Part shown: positions 9,259 to 17,036 of the stretch, piece after piece
Position numbering within the stretch: position 1 is the stretch's first letter
Layout of the letters: each line of letters opens with the position of its first letter
Origin: a virus
Taxonomy: Duplodnaviria > Caudoviricetes
Strand: one strand, 5' to 3'
IMG/VR virus record: IMGVR_UViG_3300033109_000112
Location: 1 to 27,376 of that record
DNA length: 27,376 bases
The notes under the pieces: model-generated
Seen by the model: the letters and a program-made list of their open reading frames with translations, nothing else
What the model was told of the DNA's origin: nothing
Database searches by the model: none
Made by a program: the position numbers and the translations under genes

Positions 9259-9385
9259 CAATCGCCTCGGCTTCGCCCGCCCAGAACTCGATTTCTTCCG
9301 TGTCCATGTCCCACAATTCCGATGGCGGAAAATGGAACACGTAAGCAATCAGGACAATGGCTTCGCGCCAATGTCGCTGCCCAAA
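9248..9385 (-). CDS. GpE'/gpT-like C-terminal extension of the tail chaperone, reached by -1 frameshift
   Basis: IAYVFHFPPSELWDMDTEEIEFW resembles P2 GpE-family motif; frame is -1 relative to 9349..9624 at GGT TTT TTG (9382-9390). Confidence 0.85.
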   Translation of the reverse strand, partial: FGQRHWREAIVLIAYVFHFPPSELWDMDTEEIEFWAGEAEAIVKA

Positions 9386-9624
9386 AAACCGCCGATAGCC
9401 TCCACCAGTTTCATGGCATCTGCCGCACACAGCTGATCCATGCTGGACGGAGGCAAGCCCAAACACGTGCCCGCCAGATCCAGAATGTCGCCCATTTCCA
9501 TCACGCTTTTCACCGGCATGTGGCGCAAATGTTTGGCGCGCGGCGCTTCCAGCACCAGCTGGGTCAGGGTTTCACCGTGAGCCTGTATCGGCTCACGCAA
9601 TGTAATAGTAATGCTCTTGCTCAT
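9349..9624 (-). CDS. Tail assembly chaperone (Mu gp41 / P2 gpE-like)
   Basis: ITLREPIQAHGETLTQLVL..P, LPPSSMDQL..AD..IGGFL; between tube and tape measure. Confidence 0.88.
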   Translation of the reverse strand: MSKSITITLREPIQAHGETLTQLVLEAPRAKHLRHMPVKSVMEMGDILDLAGTCLGLPPSSMDQLCAADAMKLVEAIGGFLGSDIGAKPLS

Positions 9625-9986
9625 TATGCATTTTCAACCGCGTGGCCAATGTATTTCAGCGAAGCTTTCGACTCGCTGGCTTCATAGGCGGGTGGTGAGG
9701 CCAGCGCCGCACCGCGCATCAACCACACGCGGCCATTGCTGGTTTCAAATGTCACGGTGACATCGGTCGCCTCGGCCAGTGCCAGAATATCCAGGTCGGC
9801 ATCCACCACGACTTCGCATTCGATTTCGGCATGCAGGGGTTTTTCAGTAAACCCAACGTAGCCGACATCCGCCACCACCGGAGTACGCTCGAAGCCACCC
9901 GGATTAATTTTTGCACCGGGCAGCGATGTCAACAGCACGCCGTTCACACGTATGAAGGCGCGGCCTGATAATGTTTTATTTGACAT
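9624..9986 (-). CDS. Tail tube protein (Mu gpM-like)
   Basis: 120 aa beta-rich; GRAFIRVNG, GGFER.PV, VTVTFETSNG; immediately downstream of sheath. Confidence 0.88.
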   Translation of the reverse strand: MSNKTLSGRAFIRVNGVLLTSLPGAKINPGGFERTPVVADVGYVGFTEKPLHAEIECEVVVDADLDILALAEATDVTVTFETSNGRVWLMRGAALASPPAYEASESKASLKYIGHAVENA

Positions 9987-9996
9987 GGTTCACCCC

Positions 9997-11472
9997 TTAC
10001 AAACGGAACTGGATTTGAGCCGCGAACACGCGGAACTGGTTAACGATATTCGGCGGCAGCAACACATCCACGCGATTTACATCCGTGCCATTGCGCACCA
10101 CCTGCAGATCGGCCTTGAACTGGTCAACGTCTTCCACCAGGCCGGCGGCTTCCCAGTCACGGAACAGGGCAATGAGTTCGGCGCGCACAATGCGCGGCGT
10201 CACGACTGCCTGGCCGGGCGCGAAATTAGCACCGTCATTGGCCAGCTTGTAGCGCGGAAATTTGGAACTGATGCGCGCCCGCACCGAGTAACGCAGATAA
10301 CTCAGCGTGTACATGGTTTCGGCGTCGCGGTAGCTGGGATCCACAGTGCTGCCGGCATTGAGGGTGTATGCCGTCACGGCGCGCTCGATCACCACATTGC
10401 CGCTGGCATCCACCACCGTGGTGGCACCGCCGTAACTCAGCACGTTGTTACGTTCGGCGCGGGTAAATCGTTTTTCAGCACTGGCAGGCAGAATACCGGG
10501 CAGTGCCAGGGTTTGCAGCGGACGCGCCGGATCAATACCCAGGTAATACGCGGCAATTACACCGGCAACCGTGGCCTTGTGCCAAACCGGAGTCGGTTCG
10601 CCACCGGTTTCGCATGTCCAGAAACTTACATGCGGATTATTGCGGCTCGACAAGTAGGTGTTGATGGTACCCACCGTACCGCGCAAACCAATGTGCGCAT
10701 GGCCATCATTCTGGTACAAGGGGCCCCAACGAGTGTCCAGCTCGGTTTCGAGCAGGGCGGCATTGGCCGCATCGTTGAACGCCATGATGAGGGTGTTGTA
10801 CTGAGTGGCACCCAGTGCAGCCAGCCCGGTGGCAATGCTCGGATCGGTAGCACCGCTAGCCATGGCAGTAATGGCCAGGCCAACACCTGTCGGCGTTTTT
10901 TCGGACAGCGGATAATAATTAAGGCGCACATCCACATCATTACCCAGCGTGCCGCGATGACGCGCGGTGAGGGTTACTGTGGCGGTAACAGCAGCAGCCG
11001 TCACCGGCAAATCGGCATTGGCATTAATGGCGGCAGCAATAGCGGTGGCAATGCCGTTGGTGGTATCGGTGGTGGCCACCGGAATCTGCACAGCCACACC
11101 GGCTACATACAGGTTGATGGTGCCTGCCGCAGTGGGCGTGCCAGACACCACAATGGTACCGGTAGCTTGTACACCCGCGCCGTTATCAGCAATGGGCAGT
11201 ACCCAGGTCTCGATGGTATCCGTGACGCTGAACAAGGCCTTGACCATGGCTGCACCAATAGAACCCTGACCCAGCTTGGCGATGCCATCGGATTCGGAGC
11301 TGACCTGGAACGGTACGTTATCGGTCGCGCTGCCCGCGGCCAGTTTTGGCGCAATGAGCAACAGACGCTGCGGCATGGCCACCAGGCCATTTATGGCCTT
11401 GGAGTTATCGAACTCCACATACTGGCCGGGTGTGAGTAAGTTGATCGGGATATTATTAAACGAGATACCCAT
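9997..11472 (-). CDS. Contractile tail sheath (Mu gpL-like)
   Basis: ISFNNIP..L.PGQYVEFDNS, DPARPLQTLAL.G, FPRYKLANDG, PNIVNQFRVFA motifs. Confidence 0.96.
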   Translation of the reverse strand: MGISFNNIPINLLTPGQYVEFDNSKAINGLVAMPQRLLLIAPKLAAGSATDNVPFQVSSESDGIAKLGQGSIGAAMVKALFSVTDTIETWVLPIADNGAGVQATGTIVVSGTPTAAGTINLYVAGVAVQIPVATTDTTNGIATAIAAAINANADLPVTAAAVTATVTLTARHRGTLGNDVDVRLNYYPLSEKTPTGVGLAITAMASGATDPSIATGLAALGATQYNTLIMAFNDAANAALLETELDTRWGPLYQNDGHAHIGLRGTVGTINTYLSSRNNPHVSFWTCETGGEPTPVWHKATVAGVIAAYYLGIDPARPLQTLALPGILPASAEKRFTRAERNNVLSYGGATTVVDASGNVVIERAVTAYTLNAGSTVDPSYRDAETMYTLSYLRYSVRARISSKFPRYKLANDGANFAPGQAVVTPRIVRAELIALFRDWEAAGLVEDVDQFKADLQVVRNGTDVNRVDVLLPPNIVNQFRVFAAQIQFRL

Positions 11473-11663
11473 TATTCAGTCCTCTCTTTTTTGTCGGGCT
11501 TGCTGACTGCGCGCGCTTCAACCGGCGCATCCAGCTCCACATCACCATCGGCCAGGCGGCGTAACCAGAACGGATCGCCATCCGCTACCGTCAGGGGGCC
11601 GGTGACATCGCGGCCGGTTTGCGGGTCGCGTACCAGTCGGCCAGGTTTGGGTTTAATGTTCAT
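11472..11663 (-). CDS. Mu gp38 / DUF2635-like small tail protein
   Basis: IKPKPGRLVRDP.TG...FWLRRLADGDV motif; precedes sheath. Confidence 0.85.
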   Translation of the reverse strand: MNIKPKPGRLVRDPQTGRDVTGPLTVADGDPFWLRRLADGDVELDAPVEARAVSKPDKKERTE

Positions 11664-11671
11664 ACTCGCTC

Positions 11672-12220
11672 CTATTGCGGCAGAGTAATGGTTGTACGGG
11701 CATCAATCTGGCCATCCGGTTCAGCTGGCGTTTGCGGATCATTGCGCGGGCTGGCCATGTCAATCTCTACGGCGGCGGTAATAAAATCATCGGCCACCGC
11801 TGCATACAGGTCATCCACCACAACACCACTCAGTTCCAGCACCAGTCGACGCACCACGCGTTCGCCGTTGGCGGACTCTTCGCTACGCACGGCAGTAAAA
11901 TTCATTTCATCTGCCAGCACGCCACCCAGTTTCATATCGGTGTACAGCCGTGCCAGCACATCGTTCAGATAACCTTCGGCGGTGGTATCGGGCCGGGCAG
12001 ATTCTGCCGCCTTCACTATTAACACCACATCCAGCCGGGTGGTCCATTCAATGCCGTTAACCAGTGTGCGGGCCGCATCAGCACCGGTAAAACTGATCAC
12101 CACACAGGGCAATTCGGCGTCGGCAAAATCCCGTTCGCGATCAACAAAAATACGTCCGTTAAATGCAGCCAGTGGCACCAACCGGGCAGCCAGTGCCGCC
12201 TTGAAACCGCTGATGTTCAC
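11672..12220 (-). CDS. Probable tail terminator / tail completion protein
   Basis: Position between head-tail joining and sheath; ELPCVVISF motif; C-terminal PDGQIDA...ITLPQ. Confidence 0.65.
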   Translation of the reverse strand: MNISGFKAALAARLVPLAAFNGRIFVDRERDFADAELPCVVISFTGADAARTLVNGIEWTTRLDVVLIVKAAESARPDTTAEGYLNDVLARLYTDMKLGGVLADEMNFTAVRSEESANGERVVRRLVLELSGVVVDDLYAAVADDFITAAVEIDMASPRNDPQTPAEPDGQIDARTTITLPQ

Positions 12221-12504
12221 GGCCGCTCCAGTATTAAGGTGGTGATGCCGTTATCCGGCTGTATACCCACCACCGAATACGTCACGTTGTTAATCACAAC
12301 ACTCTGGCCGTGGGTCATGGCGGGCAAGTCCGCCGTGCGGCGGATGAATACCGGCTTAACGCTCTCTACCCCGCCATCCTCAACAAAAGCCCTGGTAAAA
12401 ATGCCGTCATAGTTCTGCCCGGCAATGGTGGCGGTGGCATTGGCCAGTTGTGCAACCGCCACGCTGTTAACCCGATCTTCCAATACCGCAAACGGAATCG
12501 GCAT
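12217..12504 (-). CDS. Head-tail joining protein (lambda gpFII-like)
   Basis: 95 aa; YSVVGIQPDNGITTLILE C-terminus; synteny. Confidence 0.75.
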   Translation of the reverse strand: MPIPFAVLEDRVNSVAVAQLANATATIAGQNYDGIFTRAFVEDGGVESVKPVFIRRTADLPAMTHGQSVVINNVTYSVVGIQPDNGITTLILERP

Positions 12505-12516
12505 ACGGGCTCAACA

Positions 12517-12843
12517 TTACGCGTTAATGTTGCACTGTACGGTGGTAGTACCCGCACCTGCTGCAGCCCAGGCATAACCGGCCAGCGTGTTGCCGGCAGA
12601 TGTCAGGGTGAGGCGGGAATTGGTATTGTCCCAGTACAGCAGCGCGCCTTTGGTCATGGCATCCGTGCTCAATTTGGCGATTTCAAACACGCCAGTCATT
12701 TGCGCCGGGCCGGTTTCGCCGTTGGCCAGGGCTGATAACAACACGCCAATGCGTGCGCCGATCAACACCACCGCACCGGAGGCCAGCGCGGCACCGGCCG
12801 TGTAATCAATCACGTTGCCGGGTTGGATAAAATTCTTCGCCAT
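12517..12843 (-). CDS. DUF2190-family capsid cement/decoration protein
   Basis: MAKNFIQPG..IDY, GVFEIAK, G..LYWD, AG.AW..A motifs; GAGGA RBS; follows capsid gene. Confidence 0.9.
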   Translation of the reverse strand: MAKNFIQPGNVIDYTAGAALASGAVVLIGARIGVLLSALANGETGPAQMTGVFEIAKLSTDAMTKGALLYWDNTNSRLTLTSAGNTLAGYAWAAAGAGTTTVQCNINA

Positions 12844-12858
12844 GGTTGTATCCTCATT

Positions 12859-12878
12859 GCCGGGCGGGTTCGCCCGGC
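12859..12878. other. GC-rich stem-loop between capsid and DUF2190 genes
   Basis: Perfect 8-bp stem GCCGGGCG-ggtt-CGCCCGGC; no U-tract on the minus strand. Confidence 0.5.
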
Positions 12879-12891
12879 TCGTCAGTTAAGG

Positions 12892-14955
12892 TTAGGTGTT
12901 GGGGTTTTTGGCCATAGTGCGATGATCCAGCGCTTTCACACCGGCATCGAGGCGCACCTTGAATTCCACGCCATCAATGTTCCAACCGTTCTGCTGTTCC
13001 AGCACCGGCATCTTGTTGCCATCGAGGTAGGCCACCTCGATGGTGTCGTGCACAGCCGGGTCAGCGGCGCCATACCAGTTGGTGGCGCTGGCGGTATCCA
13101 GACGCGCATCGGCAATCACTTTGAAAGTGTTGCGCACGGAATTGGGCACGGTGTTGTTTTTGCTGGATGCACCCACTTCGAACTCGGACGTGGCGACCAC
13201 TTGCGCGGTACCCTGCAGTGCCACCGGCACCAGCAGGTTGGCCAGGCGAATATTGAGCGCCTTGCCGCCAGCGGTTTGCTTGGCCATGGCGACGCGCATG
13301 GCATCCACGCCGGGCGTAGAAATGGCAGCAGCAGTCAGCAGGTTGGCGTGGGTGGCATGGAACAGGGCCACGCCATCGGCCATATTGGGGTTGCCGGTAA
13401 GAATGGCATAAACCAGATCGCCCACAGTGCGAATGGCCGCACCACCCATCTTGCGCGGAATGCGCGTGAAGGCGGTCAGGTCATCATTGATGATGGCCTG
13501 GCGGGTAATACCAAACAGCTTGCCGTAAGTGGCGAGCTGAATGGTTTCGCCACGCTCACCCACGGTGGCATATTTGTATTCCGCGCCTTCGCGTACCTGA
13601 TCCAGCGCCGGAAAATCATTCAGACCGACACGGCTGCCGGGTTTGAAATCGGTGAGTACGCCATCAGACGTCCATTCCTGAAACGTCTCGCCGGCTTCCT
13701 CGTAACCCTTGAGCATGGCCTTTTCGGCCACGTTGGCCAGCAGCAGCGGAAAATCACTGCCGGTATGCGTGAAGGCGGCTGCCACCAGTCCCATTTTGTC
13801 CATGTGGCCGGTGTTCACACCGCGCTTGTCCAGGCAGGCACGGGCCAGCTCGAACAGGGTGTGGCTGCGATACGGATTGGCCGTATCGTTTTTGCTTAAG
13901 CTGGCACGAATCAGCAGGGCATCGCGAATGGCTGCGCGGAACTTGTCGCGCTCATCCGCCACGGTAACAACATAGCCGCCTGCAATGGGTGCAGACTGCG
14001 AGCCCAGATGCGCCAGCAGTTTGGTATTGGCCTGTTCGACCGTGCACTGATGATCATCGGCGCAGGTTTTCATGAGGGCAGATACGCCCTCAACGCCAGA
14101 GAATTTGGCAAACGCCGTTTCGATATCGGTACGGCGCTGTTTATCAGCTGCCAGCGCACGTGCCTGAATGTCAGCTTCGCTGGCAACAGGTGCAACGGCT
14201 GCGGGTGCAACAGACGTGGATGCGGCTGCGGGTTGTGCCGCCTGTACTTCTTTAGGCATGGTGGCCTCCGGTGAGTTGTGAATAGCGGCGGCTGCCGCAT
14301 GAGGTACTTTCACCGCTGCCACAGCAGACAGTGAGGTGAATCGGGCGGCCAGTGCCGCGCGGTCAAACGAGGCCGCCACCGGCATAGCCGTGGTGGTGGC
14401 ATCAATGAATTTTGCATCCAGCGCCTGGCTGGCGGTAAACCAGTGATCAACGCCATCGGTGAGCAGCGCCTGCATTTCATCGAGGGCGCGGCCGGTTTTT
14501 GCGGCATAGCTGGTGGCCATGGCAGCGGCCCAGGTATCGAGCAGATCGGCAAACTCGCGCAGCTCGGCGGCGTTGCCATACATGCCGCCCCAGGGCGCGT
14601 GAATCATCAGCAGGGCGTTTTCGGCCATTTCAACCGTGTCGCCTGCCATGGCAATCAGGCTGGCAATGCTGACAGCCACGCCATCAATGCTCACGGTGAT
14701 GTGTGCAGGATGACGCTTCAAGGCGTTGTAAATGGCAATGCCATCGGACACCGAACCGCCGTAGGAATTAATGCGCACGGTAATCGCATCCACATCGAGC
14801 GCGGCGATGTCGCGCACAAACTCGGCTGCTGTGACGGAATCGGCATACCAGCTGTCGCCGATATCGCCGTAGATAAAAACTTCAGCGGCACGTGGCGCGG
14901 ATGCGCGCACACGTACGTTGTACCAGGGAGATGATGCGGTGATTTTATTGGGCAT
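12892..14955 (-). CDS. ClpP-like prohead protease / major capsid protein fusion
   Basis: N-terminal S14 motifs (INSYGGSV, DGVAVSIASLIAMAGD, MIHAPW); Ala/Pro-rich linker; capsid motifs (SDFPLLL.NVAEK, TYGKLFGITRQAIINDD, VEFKVRLDAG). Confidence 0.95.
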   Translation of the reverse strand: MPNKITASSPWYNVRVRASAPRAAEVFIYGDIGDSWYADSVTAAEFVRDIAALDVDAITVRINSYGGSVSDGIAIYNALKRHPAHITVSIDGVAVSIASLIAMAGDTVEMAENALLMIHAPWGGMYGNAAELREFADLLDTWAAAMATSYAAKTGRALDEMQALLTDGVDHWFTASQALDAKFIDATTTAMPVAASFDRAALAARFTSLSAVAAVKVPHAAAAAIHNSPEATMPKEVQAAQPAAASTSVAPAAVAPVASEADIQARALAADKQRRTDIETAFAKFSGVEGVSALMKTCADDHQCTVEQANTKLLAHLGSQSAPIAGGYVVTVADERDKFRAAIRDALLIRASLSKNDTANPYRSHTLFELARACLDKRGVNTGHMDKMGLVAAAFTHTGSDFPLLLANVAEKAMLKGYEEAGETFQEWTSDGVLTDFKPGSRVGLNDFPALDQVREGAEYKYATVGERGETIQLATYGKLFGITRQAIINDDLTAFTRIPRKMGGAAIRTVGDLVYAILTGNPNMADGVALFHATHANLLTAAAISTPGVDAMRVAMAKQTAGGKALNIRLANLLVPVALQGTAQVVATSEFEVGASSKNNTVPNSVRNTFKVIADARLDTASATNWYGAADPAVHDTIEVAYLDGNKMPVLEQQNGWNIDGVEFKVRLDAGVKALDHRTMAKNPNT

Positions 14956-15014
14956 TACATGATCCTGATCTCTGCGATGTTATTTACGCGCAAGCGGCGC
15001 GCCTCGATAATCGC

Positions 15015-15057
15015 AGTGTGGCCGTGGGCCTGTGACATTTTTAGGGGAAAATGGCAA
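15015..15057 (-). promoter_or_regulatory. Late promoter with Mor/C-type activator box (copy 1), upstream of the capsid/tail operon
   Basis: 26-bp GTGACATTTTTAGGGGAAAATGGCAA (15032-15057) identical to 22454-22479; -10-like CACACT 11 bp downstream on the minus strand. Confidence 0.75.
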
Positions 15058-15063
15058 TTTCTT

Positions 15064-15339
15064 TCAGGGCGCGGGATGCAGGATATTTACCGTATCAATC
15101 AGTTTGTCGCACTGATCTGCCAGCATGTGGTATTGCCTGGCCCACTGTATAAACGTGGCGGTAGCCTCGGGTTGCGACACGGCAACACCCGTGGGCAACG
15201 CCGGTAAATCGGGCGCTTTAATCAGCAGATTCGCTGGCACGGATACGCTGGTAGTGATCGGCGCGCGAGACGAGGGAGTTGAGCAGGCTGACATCGTCAG
15301 GCTGATAATTACACTGAGGCACAGCAGGAACTTTTTCAT
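15064..15339 (-). CDS. o-spanin (Rz1-like lipoprotein)
   Basis: MKKFLLCLSVIISLTMSAC lipoprotein signal; Pro-rich; overlaps the i-spanin 3' end in another frame. Confidence 0.8.
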   Translation of the reverse strand: MKKFLLCLSVIISLTMSACSTPSSRAPITTSVSVPANLLIKAPDLPALPTGVAVSQPEATATFIQWARQYHMLADQCDKLIDTVNILHPAP

Positions 15340-15592
15340 AGATCACCCGGGTGACGGTAGTGAAATGCGGATCACTGCGCGCCTGTAATAACTCGGCAGA
15401 TAACCGGTTAACTTGCGCCTGCAGCAGAGTGTTTTTTTCAATGGCCGCAACCAGGTCGGCATTATCCTGTTTCAAATGCGTGGCCTCACATTCGGCAACG
15501 CCCGCAGCATGTTGGGCTTGGGTGTACCAGACGGCGACTGATACGAGCAGCAGAATCAATAGGCCAGCAGTAATGGCTTTGGCGCGTGTCAT
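15218..15592 (-). CDS. i-spanin (Rz-like)
   Basis: N-terminal TM (AITAGLLILLLVSVAVWY), coiled-coil, C-terminal Cys; overlaps o-spanin. Confidence 0.8.
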   Translation of the reverse strand: MTRAKAITAGLLILLLVSVAVWYTQAQHAAGVAECEATHLKQDNADLVAAIEKNTLLQAQVNRLSAELLQARSDPHFTTVTRVIYEKVPAVPQCNYQPDDVSLLNSLVSRADHYQRIRASESAD

Positions 15593-15885
15593 GGTGCCGG
15601 CAGCTTTGCCGCGGTAATACGCCCGACGCGATCCAGCACATCACTGGAATACGCCGCTACACCAAATGCAGTGAGTACGGTGAGCTCGTTGTATTGATGC
15701 AGCACGGCAACGCCCACAATGGAGCTGATGATGGCCAGGGTAAATTTGTACGGGCGCTTGCGGGTGTAATAGGTAAAACCCACGCGCCGGCCCGCAGCGC
15801 TGGACATTTCTTGCAATATGAGCAACAGGTGGGTGAACTGGCCGAGCACAGCAGCCAGCATGCAGAGGTATAAATCGTGCGTCAT
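15589..15885 (-). CDS. Putative holin
   Basis: 98 aa, 2-3 hydrophobic segments with basic loop (YTRKRPYK); ATGA-coupled to i-spanin. Confidence 0.6.
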   Translation of the reverse strand: MTHDLYLCMLAAVLGQFTHLLLILQEMSSAAGRRVGFTYYTRKRPYKFTLAIISSIVGVAVLHQYNELTVLTAFGVAAYSSDVLDRVGRITAAKLPAP

Positions 15886-16520
15886 GGCGATGGCTCCAGG
15901 TGAACCTGCATGGGTGGGTTAGCGTAAACCTTGCGCTCCCAACGATCCTTGGCAGCATCATCGCCGGAGGATTTGATTTGGTGCGGCAGCCATTGCAGAT
16001 TTGAAACCGCATCACAACCACCCACCGCGAGCGGAATAACATGATCAATCGCCCAGCCGGGGCATGCGCCGGTGGTTAAACCGGTGGCGGGACACGGATG
16101 AATTTTGCGAAACGCCTTGAGCACAGCGCTGCTGCGTTTGATGCCACCACCTGCAGCATAACGTTCTGGCTCACCGCAATAGCGAGTCTCTTGCAAATTA
16201 TCTGCCTTGGCAGATGACGCCCATAACGCACCACCGATAAATAGCAACATAAACACGACGCCAAAAAGCGCCGGCGGGCTCAGGCCTGATATGCTTTGAA
16301 CCCTTACCCAGAAATAATACAAACAGGCCATGAACCAGTTAGACCGCTCGCGCATACAGCTGTAAAGCATCTTGTCAGCGGTAGCAGCACTGACCAGCTT
16401 GTCGCGTCTGGCGTAGTCGTGAATCCGGCAACAGCTGCCCCATGTTCCATCAGGGGCGAGTGTGCAGCCGTCTGACTTGAAATGCTCCGGAATTTTGGTC
16501 TCGTAGTCTTTAAATTTCAT
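15882..16520 (-). CDS. Fusion: phospholipase A2-like domain + membrane/signal segment + HNH-type nuclease domain
   Basis: Start MKFKDY at 16520 (ATGA overlap); SDGCT...WGSCCRIHD...ADKML..CM; hydrophobic LFGVVFMLLFIGGALWASSAKA; HPCPATG...CPGWAIDHVIPLAVGGCDAVSNLQWL...KDRWE. Confidence 0.75.
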   Translation of the reverse strand: MKFKDYETKIPEHFKSDGCTLAPDGTWGSCCRIHDYARRDKLVSAATADKMLYSCMRERSNWFMACLYYFWVRVQSISGLSPPALFGVVFMLLFIGGALWASSAKADNLQETRYCGEPERYAAGGGIKRSSAVLKAFRKIHPCPATGLTTGACPGWAIDHVIPLAVGGCDAVSNLQWLPHQIKSSGDDAAKDRWERKVYANPPMQVHLEPSP

Positions 16521-17029
16521 CGATGACAGTCCGCTGTTATTCGCACCCCTGTGAACGGTGCAACATCTGGAACCCATGACATAACCCAATTACTGCATAT
16601 CATATTTACGCCATTAGTCCAGTCGGCCAATGTATATGTGATCGTAGTAACTTGTTGCGTCCAGAAAGCTATGTCGGCGTGATCCAGAACAAGTCCGTGT
16701 ATGACTGGCGGGTTTACGGTTGCATCAACAACCCCCTCCATGCGCCATTGATAAAAACCACCAGAGCTATCCGGAAACAGCATCCACCTGAATCCTGTAT
16801 CAGTATCCGTAATGAAGGATGCTATACGTGACACCTGGGTTCCATTGCTTGTATTCAAGATAAAATCGACAGTACCGCAATACGCGATTGCACTCGTGCA
16901 ACCAAGTTTTGTTTGATAATCTTCGGCGCTGGTAGTTACCGGTACAGACAGCCGCGGCAAATCGACTTGCCCAAGTTTGCAACCCGATAAAACAAACAGC
17001 ATAACAACAAGGAATAAGAATTTTTTCAT
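16517..17029 (-). CDS. Lipoprotein of unknown function
   Basis: MKKFLFLVVMLFVLSGC lipobox at ATG 17029 with GAGG RBS; +2 residue Lys (suggests outer membrane by the enterobacterial rule). Confidence 0.8.
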   Translation of the reverse strand: MKKFLFLVVMLFVLSGCKLGQVDLPRLSVPVTTSAEDYQTKLGCTSAIAYCGTVDFILNTSNGTQVSRIASFITDTDTGFRWMLFPDSSGGFYQWRMEGVVDATVNPPVIHGLVLDHADIAFWTQQVTTITYTLADWTNGVNMICSNWVMSWVPDVAPFTGVRITADCHR

Positions 17030-17036
17030 TTTAGCC

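Noticed and set aside
9952-11439. 495-aa + strand ORF antisense to the tail sheath
   Set aside because: Mirrors the sheath gene almost end to end with no recognisable motifs; typical stop-poor shadow frame of a GC-rich gene
1822-12220. Tailocin or contractile injection system reading of the tail cluster
   Set aside because: Intact terminase, portal, capsid, integrase and replication genes are linked, so it is a phage tail
12823-13899. 358-aa + strand ORF antisense to the capsid gene, and the many similar short antisense or alternate-frame ORFs
   Set aside because: Shadow ORFs overlapping well-supported phage genes, with no motifs or clear RBS
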